This document shows, piece by piece, positions 56,952-64,000 of a DNA stretch of 64,000 nt; the first letter of the stretch is position 1; every line of letters begins with the position of its first letter. The notes under the pieces were generated by a model. It saw nothing but the letters and a program-made list of their open reading frames with translations, was not told the origin of the DNA and made no database searches. Both the position numbers and the translations under genes were made by a program. Origin of the DNA: Macrostomum lignano (taxonomy: Eukaryota); contig NIVC01000291.1 in assembly GCA_002269645.1 (NCBI GenBank), forward strand, positions 696,229 to 760,228, read 5' to 3'.

Positions 56952-57556
56952 TGTTGAAAAACTTTCTCGAGTTCATTTTCAGCTGACTCATGTCATCAGT
57001 ACCGACCATGTTCAAGTTCATTCGAATTGATTGTTCATAAAGATCCTGAATGGTTTTGAACTCATCCTCTGAAATGAACTTATCCTCGATTGCCCTTGAA
57101 ATGTACCCTATGATTGATGTGTGCACCCCTTTCTCTTTTACTTGCTTCTCCTGTAGCTGCTTTAGTTTTTTTCGCCTGTTTCGCGCTAATGCTCCAGTAA
57201 TTGCTGAAATAAGTCCACATGCAGCACCCACAGAGCCGAGCGGGATTGCGATTGGGGCTGTGATGACTGGCAACACTGAGACAGCTGCAGCAGATCCAGA
57301 TAGAACAGACACAGATCCTAGAATCATATTGCTGTAGTCGAAAAATTTACAGTGGTTGTCATAGCGCTTAATTTTCTTTGTGTTGTGGAAAATATTTTTT
57401 TCAAGATCATCTCGCATTTTTTGAATCTCCACCAGTCGAAACTGTTGAGAGTTACAAGTAATGACGGGTAGAGTTTTTGTGCTCATATTGGGGTGCACTA
57501 GGTGCTGTGGGTGTTGTGGGAGCGTTCGGATCATAAAGAGAATTTTGAGCATCCAT
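56917..57556 (-). CDS. Conserved Polinton two-helix transmembrane / coiled-coil protein
   Basis: N-terminal PTAPSAP (shifted frame), QQFRL, hydrophobic ILGSVSVLSGSAAAVSVLPVITAPIAIPLGSVGAACGLISAITGAL, and ISRAIED.FISEDEF. Confidence 0.7.
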
Positions 57557-57869
57557 TTTTAGAGAATTTTTAAAAAAAATCGGCAACTAGTTGGTGGTGG
57601 TTAGATTTGTTTTACGTTTGATTGTTTCGTCTGCAGTTGGCGCCAGCAGGTCTCTTCGAATCTACCTATTTATTTGTCTATGCGCTCCATTCTACACTTG
57701 ATCTCAAACAAACCGGTTGGCTCACGAAATTTGTGTCAGTCAAGTCGTTGGATCACTTATTTCCCTTGTGGTCTGTGGTGCCTCTTCAGCAGTATCAATT
57801 TTGAAGATTGTGTACTCCTCAAGACGACTGATTCTTCTCACGATTTCTGCCATTCGGTAAAAATTAAAT

Positions 57870-58422
57870 CTAAAAGACTTTAATTGCATAATCTTTCTTT
57901 ATTCTATCATGCAACGATGTTGACTGAGTCATGAACTCTTCTAAATTCCTCACTTTACCTGTGTTGGTTGCGACGTTTTCTTTAATTCTATCATGCAACA
58001 CTGTTGACTGGTTCATGAACTCTTCTAAATTATTTACTTTAGCTGTTTGTGAAAACTCCTTCTTCAAGAATACGCATCCGTCTATCAGTGGAATTTCTCA
58101 GAAGATTAATTGTCGATGTTAACCCATTGATTTGCGAGACTGTCGAAGTTTATTTCTGACCTAAGTTCATTAGTTGCGTGTACAACCTGTACATAAAGCT
58201 TATCACTTTCAAACTTCTGCCTGGCTACTTTTATGCGGAGATCTTCTATGTTTATCTGTAGCTGGTGCATGGAGCGCTCTAATTGTTTCAGTCTGTTTTT
58301 ATTCAGTTTGATCTCTGGGATCTCTTCGTCGCTGTGATATATCGCCTGTCAAGGATGGATATCTGAGCTGATGTAAGAGCGCTGTTGCCAGAAATGGATT
58401 CACCTGCAAAGTTTATTGACAT
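57870..58422 (-). pseudogene. Frameshifted coiled-coil ORF with an internal repeat (possible fiber-like virion protein)
   Basis: Starts MSINFAG. Heptad-like segments and duplicated KV.NLEEFM.QST.LHDRIK. Boundaries are uncertain. Confidence 0.45.
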
Positions 58423-58438
58423 CTTTTAATAGCAAATT

Positions 58439-59238
58439 TTAAATTACAGTTCTTTTTTCTTTGCTGATAATCACAAACTGGTAAGGCTGATTCCACTTGT
58501 CATAGCAAAGATTAACGAATTCCTCTTGTGAAATCTTTCTGCTTGAGTTTTTTGTTGGATTTATGAAATAGGCAGGCGCAATGACCTCATTGTAAAATCT
58601 TTTTAACCTGTCCTGTGGAATGGTTGGAAACAGGAGAATCAGATTGCAGTTCCCACGAATTGTTTTGTTCGGGAGCTCGAACCAGTTCTGTGCAATGTAA
58701 ATTACATTACAATTGTTATGTCGTCCTCTTGTAAAATAGTTTTCTATCTGCTTCTGTGGGCCTGTCATACAATCATCAAAGACGATCAAATGCTTTCTCC
58801 CCTTTTCTAGCTCATCTGGTTGGGGTAGAAGTTTGGTCTTTGGATCAGCCTGTGGATCTCCATAGGTGAACACTTTAATGTTCTGCCATTTTTCATTGTC
58901 TTTGAGGTGCTTTGATATTCAGCAGCTACAATTTCTGGGTTACTGGGAAGGCTCATTTGGTTATTAAAACATGCAATAATGTCCTCTTTGTTCAGCTTGT
59001 TTTGAAGCCCTGCAATCAGCATTCTATACTCATCTTGATACAGTGTGGGAGAGTAGATGTGCAGAGTGTCATAGTCGATAAAGCCAGGTCTAAGAAGCAT
59101 GTTAAAGACTCTGAATGTTTTACCTGAACCTGACGAACCAACAACAATGCATCTGAAGTGACTCGGGATTGACTCATGATGAGAAAACTTAATCTGATTA
59201 CGCGTCCAGTGAGGATTGAAGTCGTTTGAAAAGTCCAT
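58439..59238 (-). CDS. A32/FtsK-like genome packaging ATPase (one frameshift near 58878)
   Basis: Walker A GSSGSGKT, Walker B LIVFDD, RGRH motif, VIYIAQ and TIRGN. Confidence 0.93.
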
Positions 59239-59277
59239 TTTTTCTATGATGAAAAAATTTAAATAATAAATAATTTA

Positions 59278-59548
59278 GATGTGTCATTTCGGGACTTAGA
59301 TGTGTCATTTTGGGACTTAGATGTGTCATTTTGGGACTTAGATGTGTCATTTTGGGACTTAGATGTGTCATTTTGGGACTTAGATGTGTCATTTTGGTAC
59401 TTAATTGTGTCATTTTGGGACTTAGATGTGTCATTTTGGGACTTAGATGTGTCATTTTGGTACTTAATTGTGTCATTTTGGGACTTAGATGTGTCATTTT
59501 GGGACTTAAATGTGTCATTTTGGGACTTAGATGTGTCATTTGGGACTA
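59278..59548. repeat. 21-bp tandem array (ATGTGTCATTTTGGGACTTAG), about 13 copies, inside the Polinton
   Basis: Direct observation, between the core-protein stop and the ATPase start. Confidence 0.95.
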
Positions 59549-59588
59549 CTTGTACCTTTACATTTCTTGTACCCTCGGAAAGTACCCT

Positions 59589-59976
59589 TTAGTCAAATTT
59601 GAAACCACTTCCTTTTTTAATGCTAGCTCTCATCTTCTCATAGACTGCAGGGTCCACACTGTCTGGGTTTGGGCCAGCGGGGCCAGCGGGCCAGTGGAGG
59701 TTGAATCTCTTGTTTAGGTGTTACAGTATCCTTTATCTTTTTGGCTGCTGTGACTACACTGCCAGCCGCTTCGGCAACGTTCTTGATGTTCTCTTTGTTC
59801 TCTCCAATGACCTTAAAAATCTTAGCCCCCTGAGCGATCAAATCAGCAAGGCCATTCCCAGAGCGTTCTTTTCTTGGATAGTGGCCTGCAGGGAAAAGTC
59901 CAGATCCGCGTTTAATGAGATTAAGTTCCTCTTTGTCATAGTATTTGTCAATGTCTTTTTCGAAAATAATCGGCAT
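59589..59976 (-). CDS. Small putative virion core protein with repeated GxG motifs (frameshifted near 59680-59695)
   Basis: KRGSGL, RSGNGLADLIAQGAKIF (amphipathic), and the corrected C-terminus ...YEKMRASIKKGSGFKFD*. Confidence 0.6.
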
Positions 59977-59989
59977 TTTTACTTGAAAT

Positions 59990-61144
59990 AAATTATTTTT
60001 GTTGAACCGCGAAAGCAGAAGCTCTCTCGCCCTCTTATCGATGTATTTTCTCTCAAGCATTTTGTCCAGGATGTTGACAAATTCTTTTCTATTCTCGTCT
60101 TTCATTCCGGTCTTTGCCGCTCCTAGAAGAACAGCTAACCGCTTGTAGAATTCAGGCATGCCTTTTCCGGAAGAGCTTGGAGGTGATTCGAATGATTGGT
60201 CAGAGAGGAACTGTCATGTGGCGCTTGTCTTTGTTGAGGTGTGAATACTCTGTCATTGATTCGCTTCATTCGTTCTGGGGAGAGCCGCTCTAATTGTCGC
60301 CAAGTATCAGGGTTTGTATCTTTGTACTGCGAAACAACAATCGGTTCTGCGGCGTCAAGTTGATCAAGTACTTGTTCAACCTGGGTTTTTTGTTGCTGTG
60401 GAGGTGGTGTTGCTGTGGTTGTTGCTGTTGTTGTGGTTGCTTGTTGTTGTTGTTCTAGAAATTTATGACTTCCAACTGATCTGGCAAACCAAACCATTGT
60501 TTAAAGTATTTGTATTTTCTAAACCTGTTCAAGTCAATCCTGTTTTCATGTAAAACTTTGAAAACACCGTTCTTCTTGAGAATGTCTATGTCCCTCTCTA
60601 AAGCAAAGGTAACAAGATCTTTGTAATTTTTTAGCTGCTTTTCAGACGTTTTCTCTAGATTTTTAGTCATGTAATCAAGTAAAGTTTTAGTGTAGGGGAT
60701 TCTTTTAGTTTCTGCACCTTTATTGATTGAAATATTTTCCTTTGTCACTTCAATGTTGTAATCCACCGGTTCCTTGGTAATTTCTTTTCGCCAGGCGCTA
60801 ATTCCAAAAATATATTTTCCATCAACCATTACGGGGCCAAAAAAGTTATCCGTCACATTCATCTGCACTGGTTGTCCTGGTTGCTGAGCCTGTGGTTGTT
60901 CCGGTGAAGATGGGATTTTACCCAATGTGTTTTGCAACTGGCTCTCTTGAATATCATCAATTGTTTCCTTCACAGTGTCGATGTTTTTCTTCGCTTCTGT
61001 GTATCCGGGTTTGTGAAATTCGGTGGCTGCTTGGACGAATTCATTGTAAGATTGTTGTTCTTTGTTGATTAGTCCGGTAACTCGTTTCTCTGCTTGCGCC
61101 AGCTTTTCTAGTTCAGAGATATGATATGAACTTTTCTGCTTCAT
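59990..61144 (-). CDS. Polinton conserved hypothetical protein (frameshifted)
   Basis: ORF pieces 60455-61144, 60135-60497 and 59990-60159 chain together. The C-terminus RLAVLLGAAKTG...EFVNILDKMLERKYI is typical of a conserved Polinton ORF. Confidence 0.55.
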
Positions 61145-61174
61145 TTCTTATTTTATTTTATTTTTAGTTAAAAA

Positions 61175-62461
61175 ATGAACGACCCACTGACACCAGTTTT
61201 CTACAAAATTAACAAGCCTATTTTGAGTGATGATAGCACAATCAAAGCGACTCAGGTAAGAGTTCCGAGTCACGAAGAACCAGAATGAAACTAATCTTGG
61301 TCCTGGTCAAACACTGACATTTACATACAATGGATGTTCGTCTTTGGTTAGTGTGCACAGTCTTAAGAGCGGCTTCCATATGACATTTCAATTCAAGACA
61401 AAGGGTGGTGCGGATGCGGCTCGTGCTAACGTTGACAAGCATGATGCAGATGTGGCTCTGATCAGTAACTTTTGGGCGTACATGTTCAAGGAGTTTAGTG
61501 TATCGAATGGGAGCACTGAGTTGGAGCGAATCGCCAACTTTGGAATTGTCTATGACGCTCATTGTTTGATCGAGAATCCTGATTTTATTCAGTTGGGAAG
61601 TGGTGCGGGTTTTATTGCAGACGAAAAAAAGGAGATATCAATGACATTGGTTATAAAAATAGGAAGAAGAGATACAACTATGCATTGCAAGGTGCAGATG
61701 ATGCTGCTAAGAACCCGCAGTATCGGTCTGTTGATGTATTTGTACCATTGAGATTCATGAGTGGATTCTGTAATACATTTAATCGACTGACTAGTAACTT
61801 TAGCTACACTTTTAGAATGACTAGAGATGATCGCAGTAGAGTGTTGTGGACTGGGGCGGATCACACAAGGATGGAGGTGAAGCTAACCGGAATTGAGCTG
61901 TATTTGGAAGTCATTGAGCCAAAGACCGCACTAAAAGCGGATTATCTCAAGGCAATAGAGAAGGACATTGATGTTGCATACACAGCCTACATGTGTCGAG
62001 ATGAGCGAAACGAAACTAGAACAAACATCTGCATTAAAGAGGGATCATGCAGCAATCCAAGGTATATCATTATTAATATGAGAAACCCAAATAGCATTAT
62101 ACGCTACATGCATGGAGACGTGCGGTCCATTCAGCATGAAATCAGTGATAATCTTTACCCTGCACTGCCACAAAATGGAGATTTCAGTCAGAACAAGATT
62201 AGCAAATTTTACAGCGAGTTGGTCGACTTGGCTGTGAAAGAGAACAATGGAATTGCTATCACTGCTCTTCAATATGGAACTCTATATCCAATGTTTGGCG
62301 CTGATGTGTCTGCCAGACAAATTCCTACTGATAACAGCCCTGTGAATATCTTGACTAACATTGAGAGGACTGTCGCAACACCCGTGGACCTGTACATTAT
62401 CTATGCATTTGAGAGGAAGGTGAAGCTTAACATGATCAACAATTCATCCAGTAAAGTTTAA
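61175..62461 (+). CDS. Double jelly-roll major capsid protein (hexon-like; two frameshifts)
   Basis: DDSTIK N-terminal motif, NFWAYMFKEFSV...ELERIANFG, FVPLRFMSGFC, PRYIII, YPMFGADVS and a YIIYAFERKV C-terminus. Position next to the penton gene is as expected. Confidence 0.85.
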
Positions 62462-62482
62462 ATATTTTTTGTGGGTGAAAAA

Positions 62483-63340
62483 ATGGAAGCGATTGCTGAA
62501 AGACTAAATAATATTATTTCGCACTCCAAGGAGAGCATTCCTATTACAATAACTGGGCGAATTAATGACTCAAACGGATATTTATTCAAAATTAGAGCAG
62601 GCGATTAGCCTGGATCCAGGTGCTAATTACCATGTCTATCTTAACGACTTCACTGGTTGGTCAAACGTTCCCAATGTGTCGGCAGCAAATAATAAGTTTT
62701 ATTACAAATGGAAAGGTGCAGCAGCAGAACCTGTGGTATTCCCTGTGAGCACGCAAAGCGTGGATACCTACAATTACTTTCTAGAAAACGTTTTACTAAA
62801 AGAGGCCATTTTGAGACACCTGATGCGAGTAAGCCAGAGAAGAAACTGTTCCCTGTCAAACTAATCCTATGATCTCACTGTAATGAGAGTGGTCATGCAA
62901 GTTCACAAAAATGCGGAGGTTGAGTTTAAAGATGACACTTGGTATAGGGAATTAGGATTCGAGAAGAAAGTTTATAAGGCAGAATCCGCGGCGCGGACCG
63001 CCACTCAAGCGACGGGGCCGTTATCATGGCCCGGGAAAGTGTACGCGGTTTGTTCTTAGCACCCAATATAGCAGACATTGTAAAGGGTTTGAATATTCTA
63101 ATCAGAACTAATCTCAGTCTTGATTGGGTATTTAAGGAAAGCGAACTAATATTTGTACAACATCTCCAACTCTGTAGCTGGAGGACAGATGGTGGTAGAG
63201 AAACCAAATCCAGTGAAAAGAGTTGTATTGAGTAATAAGGAGATTCACGAGATTGTGCTACAGTTTGAGACTGAAGATGGGGTGGTGTTGATTTCAACGG
63301 TGAAGAGTTTGTATTGACGTTGATCATTGAGAGAATGTGA
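62483..63340 (+). CDS. Minor capsid (penton-like) protein (several frameshifts)
   Basis: VYLNDFTGWSNVPNVSAANNKFYY, WYRELGF, ILIRTNL, and corrected C-terminus EKPNPVKRV.L...EIVLQFETEDG..DFNGEEFVLTLIIE. Confidence 0.8.
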
Positions 63341-63904
63341 GAAAATGCGTTCCTTTTAAGTATGCTTGCAGAGAATAGAGTGGTATGAAAAATGCGCGCA
63401 TGTGTACTCAATCTCTTACCCCATTCTGACAGTTTGTGGGCGCGGGCATCGGGTGCGCGGGAGAGGGGAGTGTATGTGTGTGGGCGCAGCGCGCGTGGGG
63501 CAGAGAGATTTTCACTTTAACTGAGCCCAGCCGAGGAAGAATTCCGTCTCGAGGAAGGCCAGAATGCAAAGGATTTCGGCCTCGCGCGAAGGCCAAAATG
63601 AAAAGGGTTTTGGCCTTTGGCCTTTTTGGCCTTTTGGCCTTTTGGCCTTTCGGTTTTTTAACGCAATTGCTTAATGATTTCTGCAAAGTTATAGTCGCTG
63701 TCGTAATCTTTTACATAGGTACTCCATACTTATGAAACCAGTGTCTTTGGAGAGCTAGATTAATATTAGGGACATTGATATCAACGTCGGGCCAATATTT
63801 TCTCATGTACTCGCTGCATTCAAGTTTGCATCGGTACTTGGATTTTGTAATTGGGCTCGTGCGCCTTTGTAATAAGAACCTGGAGAGACAACTGGAAACA
63901 TTTT

Positions 63905-64000
63905 TATTGAGAAAATTTAATTTTTTTCAAAGGGTAAGGACCCTGCGCTGATGATTTAAAGTTTAGGGATGTGGTAGCACGTTGCGGATTGAATGTGGGG
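63905..64000. repeat. Inner portion of the right terminal inverted repeat
   Basis: The reverse complement CCCCACATTCAATCCGCAACGTGCTACCACATCCCTAAA matches 48417 onward, then diverges gradually. Confidence 0.92.

Larger units (their letters stand above)
48039..64000. mobile_element. Polinton/Maverick (adintovirus-type) endogenous virus; right end lies beyond the window
   Basis: Co-located INT, pPolB, adenain, A32-like ATPase, MCP, mCP and PLA2. 63905-64000 is the reverse complement of 48417-48510. The left end is placed tentatively at AGTAG (48039), resembling Polinton AGT-type termini. Confidence 0.95.

Noticed and set aside
63400-63660. Adenovirus VA-RNA-like Pol III gene
   Set aside because: No A-box or GTTCRANNC B-box was found in the GC-rich blocks here or at 50050-50250.

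Overview
Eukaryotic (metazoan) genomic window with GC-rich spliced exons, short introns and dense minisatellites. This style resembles Macrostomum-type flatworm DNA, which is an inference and not verifiable here. Host genes: a 6-exon NACHT/WD40 (NWD1/NWD2-like) gene with a 70-Gln tract (2.3-9.3 kb); four paralogous 4-exon GT32 (SUR1/OCH1-like, DxD) glycosyltransferases (two on -, two on +, 12.9-47.9 kb); a low-complexity 2-exon gene (26.9-28.7 kb); and an 8-exon orphan gene (32.1-35.6 kb) whose N-half may be a degenerate APE/EEP fold. Mobile DNA: a foldback-like TIR element, a tRNA-derived SINE fragment, a Crypton-like tyrosine recombinase relic, an inactivated piggyBac and a 696-bp MITE with an 8-bp TSD. 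From about 48.0 kb to the window end lies a nearly complete Polinton/Maverick (adintovirus-type) endogenous virus. It has TIRs, integrase, protein-primed PolB, adenain protease, packaging ATPase, major and minor capsid proteins, a parvovirus-type PLA2, an adenovirus pX-like core protein and a possible phage DUF3102-like ORF. Most of its genes are broken by 1-nt indels that look more like consensus errors than decay. All exon models and motif calls were made by eye without database searches.
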